DNA of 60,338 nt, filler included. It is 7 parts of 7 records of this genome, joined end to end, with 100 filler letters (N's around TTAATTAATTAA, not from the genome) between each part and the next. Parts side by side here need not be neighbours in the genome. Positions count along the whole stretch, not along the records: positions 1 to 13,750 come from SRR31147125_46502; positions 13,851 to 20,513 come from SRR31147125_46542; 5 more parts are not named here. One strand, given 5' to 3'. The position numbers and the translations under genes were made by a program. Positions 11,005 through 20,613 of the stretch are shown here, in pieces. Below the pieces are notes generated by a model that worked only from the letters and a program-made list of their open reading frames with translations, ran no database searches and was not told the DNA's origin. Numbering within the stretch: the stretch's first letter is position 1; each line of letters begins with the position of its first letter.

Positions 11005-11220
11005 TTATCTGTTTCGGCCTCGTCTGCCTCGACCACCCTGTCCGCCACCACGGCCCTGGCCACCGCGAAAAATGGAATTAAAACCGGACATAAATCGTTG
11101 ACCAAATGATTGATTTTGATCAATCGGCACATTTTGGTCTCCATTGCTTTGACAGGATCCAAGTCCTCTGCCAGTTAATGCTCCCTGACCCTGAGGTCCT
11201 GTTCCATCGCCTCTTGGCAT
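11005..11220 (-). CDS. DUF5320 family protein (short, RGG-rich)
   Basis: MPRGDGTGPQGQGALTGRGLGSC with RGGQGRGG tail; GGAGGTG RBS. Confidence 0.85.
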   Translation of the reverse strand: MPRGDGTGPQGQGALTGRGLGSCQSNGDQNVPIDQNQSFGQRFMSGFNSIFRGGQGRGGGQGGRGRRGRNR

Positions 11221-11268
11221 TATTTTTCACCTCCTTTACGAATAGTTCATTTGTCTGGTTTTGTTAAG

Positions 11269-11284
11269 AGCAAGTTATATGCCA
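11269..11284 (-). promoter_or_regulatory. Sigma54 (-24/-12) promoter
   Basis: Minus strand reads TGGCATATAACTTGCT, matching TGGCAC-N5-TTGCW with exact GG-N10-GC spacing, about 50 bp upstream of the DUF5320 start. Confidence 0.8.
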
Positions 11285-11374
11285 CGATTCGGCCCAGATG
11301 TAACAACACCTTATGTGACTATTATAAATATACTTAAAGTGTTTCATTTTTAATAAAATAAAAGTCGTTTTTAT

Positions 11375-11427
11375 ATTGAGAAGCATCATTGCAACTCAAT
11401 AAGCATATTTAGTCGCACAAATGCACT
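11375..11427. promoter_or_regulatory. Two palindromic upstream activator sites (putative bEBP enhancer)
   Basis: ATTGAGaaGCAtcatTGCaaCTCAAT and AGTcGCAcaaaTGCACT. The GCA-N4-TGC cores are 32 bp apart, about 100-140 bp upstream of the sigma54 site. Confidence 0.55.
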
Positions 11428-11917
11428 CATATAATCACACCAACATTTTCCATTTTATTGCAGCATCACATATTCACTTATCTACGAACTTTTTAATAGT
11501 CGTTAAAAATTCTGCAAATAAGGCTTGCGTCTGATATATTTTTTCAGGATTTTTAAACAAGCCAAGATGAACAACTCTTTTGAGCCTGTCCTCAAATCGA
11601 ACAGACAGCGGATAATAATATGATAATCTATAAGCAATCCCACCTGAATCAATGGCATTAGCAAGAACACATCATATTCGATAAATGGGATGCATAACAT
11701 CCCAATCTGTTTTATTTAATATCCAGAATCAAAATTTATCAAGATCCAGTAACAATTATTCGCACGCTACTTTTATTATTTATTCACTATTACGATATTA
11801 CAAAAATAGCAATTAACAGCAATGGCTCGATTTGAACGCAGGATCCTTTTTCTACCAGGAAAGTTTCTGATTTTGTTAATACATCATTTAAAAATAATCC
11901 CCCAAAAGGAGTAAAAC

Positions 11918-12421
11918 ATGAAAGCTATGACAAAAGCAAATCTGGAAGCAGCGTTCGCAGGCGAGAGTCAGGCCTGTATGAAATACACCATTTTTGCAAA
12001 TAAAGCAGAAAAAGAAGGTTACACAGAGATCGCACGACTTTTTCGGGCAATTGCCTTTGCTGAACAGGTTCACGCAACAAACCATTTAAGACAGCTGGGC
12101 GGCATTAGCGATACAGCCGCGAATCTGCAGGAGGCATTTGGAGGTGAAAATTTTGAAACATCTGAAATGTATCCGGCATATGAGGCTGTGGCCGAACTTC
12201 AGGGTGAAAAAGCGGCTCTGAAAAGTATGCAGTTTGCCAATGAAGCTGAAAAGATCCATGAACAAATGTATACGGATGCCGGTAAAACTATAGCAGAAGG
12301 AAAAGATTTAGAAGAAAAATCGATTCACGTGTGTCCTGTGTGCGGCTATACATGTTTTGATGAAGCTCCGGATAATTGTCCTGTTTGTGGTGTCAAGAAA
12401 GAGAAATTTCAGGAATTTTAA
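11918..12421 (+). CDS. rbr: Rubrerythrin
   Basis: AFAGESQA, AEQVHA, GENFE, AEKIHE diiron ligands; C-terminal CPVCG...CPVCG rubredoxin domain. Confidence 0.93.
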   Translation: MKAMTKANLEAAFAGESQACMKYTIFANKAEKEGYTEIARLFRAIAFAEQVHATNHLRQLGGISDTAANLQEAFGGENFETSEMYPAYEAVAELQGEKAALKSMQFANEAEKIHEQMYTDAGKTIAEGKDLEEKSIHVCPVCGYTCFDEAPDNCPVCGVKKEKFQEF

Positions 12422-12458
12422 TCACAGGATTACATTTTTACAATCCTGAAATAATATC

Positions 12459-12491
12459 GTTGCGGAAATAAGCAAAAGCTGTTTCCGCAAC
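12459..12491 (+). terminator. Hairpin after rubrerythrin
   Basis: GTTGCGGAAA...TTTCCGCAAC inverted repeat. Confidence 0.6.
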
Positions 12492-12576
12492 ACGAATTTT
12501 ACCAGATTTTAAATTACCTCACCATCCCGTTTAAAACAGATTTCACCAATCCAAGAATCAATTATCAGGACAAGTT

Positions 12577-13750
12577 ATGTTTATAAACACGATTTGCGTT
12601 TTTCGGAAATTGGCTACTGTGTTTCTTGTATTCAGCCTGACCTCTCTAACAATAGCTCAAAACACAGAGTATCCTCCACGCCTCAAAAGATCAGACAGTT
12701 TTTTAGGTATTCATTTTGATTTTCATGCCGGATATGATTGCACTGAAATCGGTAAAAATGTAGATCGCGACATGGTTGAATTTATAATCGATCAGGTCCG
12801 ACCCGATTATGTCCAGTGTGACTGCAAAGGGCATGCAGGTATCACCAGTTATCCGACTAAAGTCGGAAATCCAGCCCCGGGATTTATTCGTGATCCATTA
12901 AAAATATGGCGGGAGGTTACAGCTGAGAGAGGTGTAGCACTTTACCTGCATTATTCAGGTGTGTGGGATAGTGAAGCTGTGAAAGAACATCCGGAATGGG
13001 CACGCATCAACGAAAAAGGAGAAAAAGATGATAGACTCACCTCCGTTTATGGCCCGTATGTGGACGAATTACTTATTCCGCAGCTCAAAGAAATTATAGA
13101 CAATTATGGGGTGGATGGGGTTTGGATTGATGGTGAATGCTGGGCTACAGACAGAGATTATAATGAAAAGGTTATTCAGGAATTTCAGCAAAAAACCGGT
13201 ATTCAGGATATCCCATTCAAGTCAGAGGATCCCCATTGGTTCGAATTTTCCGAATTTTGCCGGGATGGTTTTCGTGATTATATGAAGCATTATGTCAATG
13301 AATTGCATAATTATAATAAGCACTTTCAGATCGCCAGTAACTGGGCATATAGTTCGTTTATGCCCGAGCCTGTTACTGTTGATGTCGACTTTATTTCCGG
13401 TGACTATTCCTCACTCAATAGTGTCAATACAGCTCGCCTGGAAGGACGCTGCATGGTGCATCAGGGAAAACCCTGGGATTTAATGGCCTGGAGTTTTGTC
13501 TGGAAAAACAGGGTCGCAGCCACAAAAACCCTTAACCAGCTCAAACAGGAGGCCGCCATGGTCCTGTCATTGGGAGGTGGTTTTCAGGCCTATTTTCGCC
13601 AAAAACGGGATGGCTCCATCCGCAAATGGCAAATGAATATCATGGGTGAGCTTGCAAAATTCTGCCGCGATCGGCAGAACATCTGCCACAAGGCAGAACC
13701 GATTCCACAGATCGGTCTTGTCTATTCCGGCAAAGCCTATTACAAAAAAA
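12577..13750 (+). CDS. Secreted glycoside hydrolase (GHL6 / alpha-L-fucosidase-like TIM barrel), 3'-truncated
   Basis: Signal peptide, GIHFDFH, QCDCKGHAG, YPTKVG, VDGVWIDGECW; runs into the linker. Confidence 0.7.
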
Positions 13751-13850
13751 NNNNNNNNNNNNNNNNNNNNNNNNNNNNNNNNNNNNNNNNNNNNTTAATT
13801 AATTAANNNNNNNNNNNNNNNNNNNNNNNNNNNNNNNNNNNNNNNNNNNN
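13751..13850. other. Artificial contig linker
   Basis: N44-TTAATTAATTAA-N44, a six-frame stop spacer. Confidence 0.98.
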
Positions 13851-15479
13851 GGGGGATGTACCCCCCGAGAATTGGCACGTCTCATCCATCAATGACTTGT
13901 TTGCATAGCTCTGAAGCCGTCGCTACTCACTCAGGTCAGACTGGCCGAGCTGGAAGAGAAGGCAGAGGATGCTATGTTTGTCGTCGTATCCGATCTGTGG
14001 CTCGACCAGCCAAGGGTGTGAGGTTCTACGGTGTGAGATTCTCTCCTCATGTGTCGAGTAGGTGATGGAGAAGTTTCGAAGAGTGCTGGAAGGATTCAAC
14101 GCGACTAGTCCGCCGAAGATGATGGTCCTCATGGGTAATTTCACGTCTCGCCCGTGGGGTCATGCACCGGGCGATATGGAAGTAGGTTGATGAGGGTGAA
14201 TTGCTTGGCGTGACCCAAACACCAACAGAACTTGGGTGTTCTCTTTGATTCATTGGCAAATATGATCGACGAGTTCGAGGACATATGCTCGGTACGTCCA
14301 TCTCTTGTTTGGACTCGTGGGGGACTGATTCTGGACGATGATCCAGGAGACCCAGTTCATCCTGGTCCCAGGACCGACTGACATGGGTCCCGGAAATGTA
14401 CTGCCGCGTCCACCGCTTCCGCGTCTTGGTACAATGGGGAAGGAATGTATGTTGAGGTGATCTTAGTCAACCTTGTACAGTGACCCAGTCCCTTGTGGAG
14501 AGAATTCCACATCTTTTGCTTGCTACGAATCCGTGTCGGTGAGTTGTGTGCGCGCGCGAGGATTCTGTCTCTTATCTCTCCGACAGGATTCGCTATTTCA
14601 CACAAGAGATTGTTGTGTTTCGGGAGGACGTGCTCCACAAGATGCGGAGGAACGCCGTGGTCCCACCCAACCTTGACATGACGCAAGACATCACGGAACA
14701 CGTAAGTTATCCTATCCTTTCCAGAGGTGTTGCTCCTGATTCTACTCCACGAGCAGCTCGTACGAACATTGCTGGATCAGTCCCACCTGTGTCCCCTTCC
14801 TCTTCACATTCGGCCTGTATACTGGAACTACGAGCACTCCCTCCACCTCTATCCCCTTCCCGACGTGGTATCTATGCTTCGCGATGGTGGTGTGTGTGCG
14901 CGGCTGATCTCTGCTCAGGTCATTCTGGCCGATCGATGTGATCAATACGAATGGTCGTATGGAGGAGCGACTGCGTTCAATCCGAGTCCTTTCCCTGTGG
15001 TAGGTTGCACTGGACTCCTTATCCATTCATCCGATTGATGGCCCAGGCCTTTTCCTTTGTTGCCTACTATCCCGCATCACGGACCGTGGAGTTTTCCCAG
15101 GTTAGCGAAGCGAACCTAGTTTCCGCCGAGGATGAGGTGGGTTGATTGTTCTGAGGGCCTACATCCAATGTCCATTCAGAATGTCGCACTTCCCCATGTG
15201 GAAGCAGCAGCGGCAGAGGAAGAAGATGAACAAGAAGAAGAAGAAGATGATGAACAAGAAGATGATGATGATGATGAACAAGAAGAGGAGGAGGAACAAG
15301 ATGCAGAGGAACAAGAAGAGAATGAGGAAGACCAGGAAGAGAATGAGGAGGACCAGGAAGAGAATGAGGAGGAACAAGAAGAACAACAAGAAATCGACAA
15401 CAACAATCAAACACAGCCCATGGACGACGAAACAGGGGCTGATCCGAATGGCGTAGGCAAGAACATGGAAGATGTGTAA
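13851..15479 (+). CDS. POLE2: Eukaryotic DNA polymerase epsilon subunit 2 (Dpb2), multi-exon, 5'-truncated, with acidic C-terminal tail
   Basis: Spliced exons give AMFVVVSDLWLDQPR, VLMGNF, FILVPGPTDMG, VLPRPPLP, ATNPCRIRYFTQEIVVFRED, LLDQSHLCPLPLHIRPVYWNYEHSLHLYPLPD, VILADR, FVAYYPASRTVEFSQ. Introns are short GT-AG, e.g. 14016-14061. Confidence 0.93.
15215..15395 (+). repeat. E/D/Q-coding low-complexity tract with 3 x 21-bp unit
   Basis: GAA/GAT runs; unit GAAGAGAATGAGGARGAMCAR (EENEEDQ, EENEEDQ, EENEEEQ) three times from 15315. Confidence 0.9.
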
Positions 15480-15499
15480 TCAAAGAGTGTGCTTCCCCT

Positions 15500-15964
15500 T
15501 CACGCATCGACGGTCCACTACCCTAACCCATCAGCACACCATATGCGCGTGGACACAAGACGAACCCGAAGACCACCCCCTCCTGTATCTCTGGTGCCGG
15601 TGGTTGTCGTTTTTATCTTCCTTCCCTTGACGCCAGGCTGTCGTTTGCTCCATCACCACACGCCACTCCACAGCATATTCTCCCACCTGATGCTGCACAC
15701 GTCCCTCAGCAGCCTTGGCTGTGTGCTCGCGTATCTCTACACGCTGGGCAACACCAGTGATGCACACACTCCCCTTCTATGCGCTTCGCACCCGCTCTTC
15801 GTCCAGTCGAGATCGCTCCTCCCGTTTCCGTGTGCTCATTCCATCACAACAGTTCCCCCTGTCCCATCACCACAGCCAACATGAGACGCGCATGGAGAAC
15901 ATAGGAACCATAGGAACCATAGGAACCATAGGAACACCCCCCCTCTCTCTCTCTCTACACACAT
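15500..15964 (-). CDS. SVIP: Small VCP/p97-interacting protein (SVIP), 5 coding exons, 71 aa
   Basis: Exons 15964-15963, 15858-15792, 15743-15687, 15637-15566, 15517-15500, all GT-AG. Product MGNCCDGMSTRKREERSRLDEERRVEIREHTAKAAEGRVQHQPGVKGRKIKTTTTGTRDTGGGGLRWTVDA: acylation-type N-terminus, exact VIM motif R-x5-AA-x2-R, and SVIP-type GGLRWTV end. Confidence 0.85.
15900..15935 (+). repeat. 9-bp tandem repeat inside SVIP intron 1
   Basis: CATAGGAAC x4, followed by a C run and (CT)n. Confidence 0.9.
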
Positions 15965-16095
15965 GGGGACGTGAACGTCAGACACCTTCTCTCGCCTGCC
16001 GGCGCCTGTCGGAGAGGAGAAGGAAAACAAAGCCTTCCTCCACATTTACTCTACTCGTTCCTCGTTCCTGTGCACAGGTGAACGCCCCTCAATCC

Positions 16096-16737
16096 ATGCT
16101 ACGTATCCCTGCTGCCGCCTGGGCAACGCGTACGCTCCTCTTTCGCGGAGTGTTCCGTACCTACGCTATCAGTTATCCCGGTGAGAACTTCGACACCAGC
16201 CTGAAGGATGTGGACAAGGCACGGGTGCGCTGCATGGAGACGACGTCGTGTTTAAAGGGATTTTCATGTCCTGTGCGTCGTCCAAGGAGGCTCAATGGGC
16301 CCATAAGCAAGACCTCGAAGCAATGGAAAAACTCCGTGCAGAGGTACTGCGTGTCTTCCTTTGGTGAACGCCCTGTGTTTGATGAAAAGGGAATAGCTCG
16401 AGTTGAAAGAGAAGCAGAAGCGTGCACAGGGAGAGTCCAGTGGACCGTCCGAATCGTCTGAGCCATCATCCCCCTCAAAGTCTGAACTGGACGCTCTTCG
16501 TGCAGAGGTGTGTGTAGGGTGAGGGATCCATGGAGCCCACACTCTGTCCAGATTGCTTCCATACGAGATCAGTCGTTGAAATGGGTGACACAATTGCGAC
16601 AAGAGGTGTGTGTGTGTGTGTGCGATGAAATCGTCTTTCTACCACACACACCCACACCTACACACACAATACAGTTCACAGCCAAACTCCGTACATTGGA
16701 GGACGAGGTGGCCCAGTTGAAATTTGCTCGTCGTTGA
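16096..16737 (+). CDS. Mitochondrial ATPase inhibitor IF1-like coiled-coil protein, 5 exons, about 137 aa
   Basis: Exons 16096-16224, 16287-16343, 16397-16507, 16552-16605, 16675-16737. Arg-rich acid-free presequence MLRIPAAAWATRTLLFRGVFRTYA, then SLKDVDKAREAQWAHKQDLEAMEKLRAEL resembling the IF1 inhibitory helix. First intron boundaries are uncertain. Confidence 0.6.
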
Positions 16738-16940
16738 TCTGTCGTTGTGTGTGTTTCGTACGATAGGGACAATCCCTGTTGCAATCAAATTAGGTTTTCA
16801 TTGTTGGAGTCGTAGTTGTTCCATTGCGGGATCGTGAATGTCAATAGCTTTATGGCAGCGGCGATGCACGAGTCATACAGTACACGAATCTCTCTACCCT
16901 CTCACCATTGCACACACACACGGAAAGGGTTCCTGTACGT

Positions 16941-19900
16941 TTACGCTGAGATGCGCAGCGATGTCTGGCGCAGAGGGATTCGCCCGTAAATCGATCGAAG
17001 CTCACGAAGGCACGCTTCTAATCTTTGCTGGTTGCGCTTGCTGTTTGGCCCACTGAGAGCATTACCTTGATGGCAAAGGAACCAACCATCACGACAGACA
17101 AGATCAATCCCCACCCAGTCTACCTGAATCTAGCTCCACAAGGAAGGGATGGGCATCGGAATATGCTTGGAGTGCGAAACTGAAGGAAGGAATGCGAATG
17201 ATACACGAGTGCACACCCCCACACACCCCCACACACATACCTGAGTGCTAGATCTTCACAATCGTCGTACCGATCAACAAGAGATCGGGCACGTGAAGGG
17301 GCTGTGCAAGAATAGAGATGGAAGGCAGAGAGTGGGAGGAGGAAGAACTGTCGCTGAAGCCATGAATACGGACTCCCTTGTATCATAAAGGAGTTATTGG
17401 ATCGTGATGTACTCTGTGGGTCTCTCTCACCTCCTTTCCCATTTCCTGAAGTCACATCCACAGAACAGAGATCATCGGTGGTTCCCCATGCAGCTCGACA
17501 CCGATGCATCGCCCGTGCTGTCCCGAGAGTGTGATCCTGAATGAAATCCATAATTCATGGTCAAGGTGCACTGAATACCAACCCAGCTAAGGAGCGTACT
17601 GGAATCTCCCTCCACGCATCAAAGATTGCGCTAATGCCGGAGAACGGTACCCGAACACCAGCATTGACAATAGCCACGGCCTCGGTTTGTACGCCATGCG
17701 GTGGGCGGAATGGGAGGTTTCGACTGAAATTGGGAACATCTGCCAAACGAGAGGACATCAACCAATCGTACTCACAACCACAGAAAGGGTACCAAGGACT
17801 TCAATATTGGCCCTGTACGTATTCACATTTTCATGTTCCTGTCCTTTCTCAGATACTGGGTTGAGGCAGACCCATCATTGCCGTCTTACCACGTGCAAGA
17901 GGCCTTTCATATCTTGAAGAGATTGTGAGAAGAACGGTGGCCACTGTACGTAGATCGTGTGAATTGAAGACATGGCGGCGTAGTGTTCCACTGTCTCGTG
18001 AATGGAATCCACTGTGGTTCCACTCGGGACACCCACCACCAAGCTGAATTGCGACGTAATGGTGGCCTATATGGCTATCAACAAGCCATTCCGCACATGC
18101 AGATGTCTACTGTTGTACCTGTCGAACAGGATCCACATGACACCACTCGGGTGCCTGTTCGTCCCCAAGCGACACGTCTGACCCATCTCCAGGAAGATGG
18201 GGAGGTGCCAGTTTTGCTGCTCGAATTGAGGACCCTCGAGGCACAACAATACGTTGCGTACGTTGAGCAACCTTCTTGTTGAATCGTGCCGCTAGCTCGT
18301 CTATGGAGTCGTACAACACCTCCGTGCGATCTAACAACTGCTTGCCAAGCTGTAGGTGAAAGTCATTTCTCTCACGCATTCATCCACACACGGATTCGCT
18401 GCGTACGGAATAGCGAAGTGTAGGGAGAAGGTGTACAATCCCTTCGTAAATGTGTCCAACCTGGTGAAGAAATGTGTCCAACTCAGTCGCATATGTATCA
18501 GCCTCCTCACGCCAAAGGCCTCGCTGTCATCAATGCTCACGTGAACCCTGAACAACGCACAACACAGCGATTGTACGCACGACAACAAGGGGTTTCAGCT
18601 TGGGCACAAGGCCCTAGAGATGGGTCAGACATGGCCCCAGAATCAACACCCCCACCTTTAACATTGTAAGACCCTTGTCACATCGATCCGCTATGTCCGT
18701 GCACATGGAGACGTCGATACATCGTTCACTCGATGCCTGATAGCCCCGGGGTGAATGCAAGACTCCCTTCCGTCCAATTTAATAGGCACCTCGTGGAGAA
18801 TGCTCCTGTGAAACAATCTCACTTCTATTTGGATAACCTGTGCAAAGGTTTCTGATGGGCCGGCAGATACTCGGTGCACATACCTTGAGAATGTTAAGGA
18901 TGTTGGCCGTCCAAAGCTGGGAACGTCCCTCTGCTTCGTGCACTGCACCGCAACATCAGAGCAGGAGCACGCACGCACACGCACACACACATGCGTGCAC
19001 GCACATAGCCATCGTCCATGAACAAAAAAAGTATGGGGGAAAAGCGCCCGCACCTCGTCTTCCACTACAGGAGAATCACCATGATTCACAATTACCTGTT
19101 CTCCATTCCCATCACGTGAACAGCCCTTGCAACGGGTGTGCATACCTCTGAAAAGGCAAAACGGGGAAAGAGATGTCGATTGACATCAAAGTAACGCAGA
19201 TCCCACAGAAGTCGATAGATAGCGTAATCAAAGGGGACGCGATTCTCACTCCCTGCCCGGTATTCTCAGAGAAGGAATGTTCCTGTGTACATACCCAACC
19301 AATCTCGGACGGATGCCAAAAACTTGGCAAAGCCGGTGTCTTCGGTGTGGTAGAGGGCGTTGCCATTAATATGGCCCAACAAATCTCCTGTGTGATCGCT
19401 CATCACGCCAGGTACACAATACGTGCATACATAGCCACGCACGTGGCAGGCGATCCGAACCACGATATCCTTTCTCCGAGTTAGGTTATTCAGCATACGT
19501 AGCACCAATCCGTAATCGTACCAGAGCCTCGCATCCAGTTTCGAGCATAAGAAGCAATATAGACTTCTTCCGAGATGGCATGTACCCATCCAGGACGAAT
19601 AGGAACTACGTCTGGTTCCATGAGGAATACCCATGGACATCGAGGGGCTGGAACAACGTCTCCATCCAGAGTCCACATTGTTCCAAACCCCTCATGGGCC
19701 TAGTACTCAAGGTGAGATACTTCCTGCATGCTCTCGGAGACACATGCACACACCTGTTGCATGAGCAAAAAGAACATGTTGTTGGGGCCACTAAAACGAT
19801 GCAGTGTTCGGTTGTATCTGGTCCACAAACCCCCCATCCATGACCTCCTACTCCCTGGGGCAGCATCATGCAGCTACATACTGATCTTGTTCAGGGGAAA

Positions 19901-20513
19901 GATTCGCAGTCGCCAAAAGCGTCTATGTAGGGAAATTGATCAGGATCACCCCTCTGCACTCTTTGTTGACGTACGTGCTGAAAACATGGGTGCATGGAGC
20001 GGCCATCACTCCTCAAAATACTTGCAATTTGATGAGCCGTACTCTCCCATAACGACTTGTGTCCATCAATAATCATCCCTAGCATCCCTAGCATCCAGAA
20101 GACCTACCGCTACATCCCGATTGTAGTAGAAGATAAGATTCACAGGAAGTTGAGAGGATCCAAGTCCGCCTGTCGTCTCCCTCTTCACAAAAAACATACA
20201 CCAACCAAAGCGAACGAACCACACGGCTGCCGTCTTTGTTCGGTCCACGTCTTCAAATTACGAAGCAATCTGTGGACACTATGAGTACGACCGTGTGTCC
20301 CGGTGCATCTCACCGAGGCAGTTGAGTTGGCACAAAGGGCACCACGACACAAAAACCTTTGGGCCATGAGTACACGAGCAAGTGCCTTCTGAGACGTACC
20401 TTGTTGTACATCACTCGCATGTGTGCATTGGGGTGGGTTGAAGCCTCTCCACCCGTCATCGCCAATAGCTAGAGAGGACACAAGTCACCACCACCACCAC
20501 CACCACCACCACC
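16941..20513 (-). CDS. Multi-exon two-domain glycosyltransferase-like protein: GT-A-like MEPD/HINGNALY domain plus C-terminal GT64 (exostosin C-terminal)-like domain; 5'-truncated
   Basis: N-domain exons: CVVVPF, LLRNLKTW...PC, LIFYYN, ANLSPEQDQY, GPNNMF, FLMEPDVVPIRPGW, HINGNALY, PFDYAI, HTFFVHG. C-domain exons: FSLVVGV..EHYAAM, LPFRPPHGVQTEAVAIVNAG..FDAWREIP, LVDRYDDCEDLAL, CLRELRSIYGRIPLRQT. Stop at 16943-16941. Confidence 0.75.
20486..20513 (+). repeat. (CAC)n microsatellite at contig end
   Basis: About nine CAC units run into the linker; probable cause of the assembly break. Confidence 0.9.
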
Positions 20514-20613
20514 NNNNNNNNNNNNNNNNNNNNNNNNNNNNNNNNNNNNNNNNNNNNTTAATTAATTAANNNNNNNNNNNNNNNNNNNNNNNNNNNNNNN
20601 NNNNNNNNNNNNN
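20514..20613. other. Artificial contig linker
   Basis: N-TTAATTAATTAA-N spacer. Confidence 0.98.

Noticed and set aside
13875-13934. GC-AG intron at the start of POLE2
   Set aside because: Plausible (TTG|gcacgt...tcag), but a 30-nt GT-AG intron at 13879-13908 also restores the frame; undecidable without transcripts.
15067-15507. Poly-His/Leu, poly-Ser and poly-Lys/Met ORFs
   Set aside because: Alternative frames of the acidic low-complexity tract; only the E/D frame joins POLE2 through a canonical intron.
15900-15935. Short tandem repeat as a CRISPR array or telomere
   Set aside because: 9-bp units without spacers, four copies, inside an intron, and no cas genes.
13856-20481. Dozens of short overlapping ORF-track calls as phage or novel small genes
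   Set aside because: Explained by exon fragments and antisense frames of four spliced eukaryotic genes.
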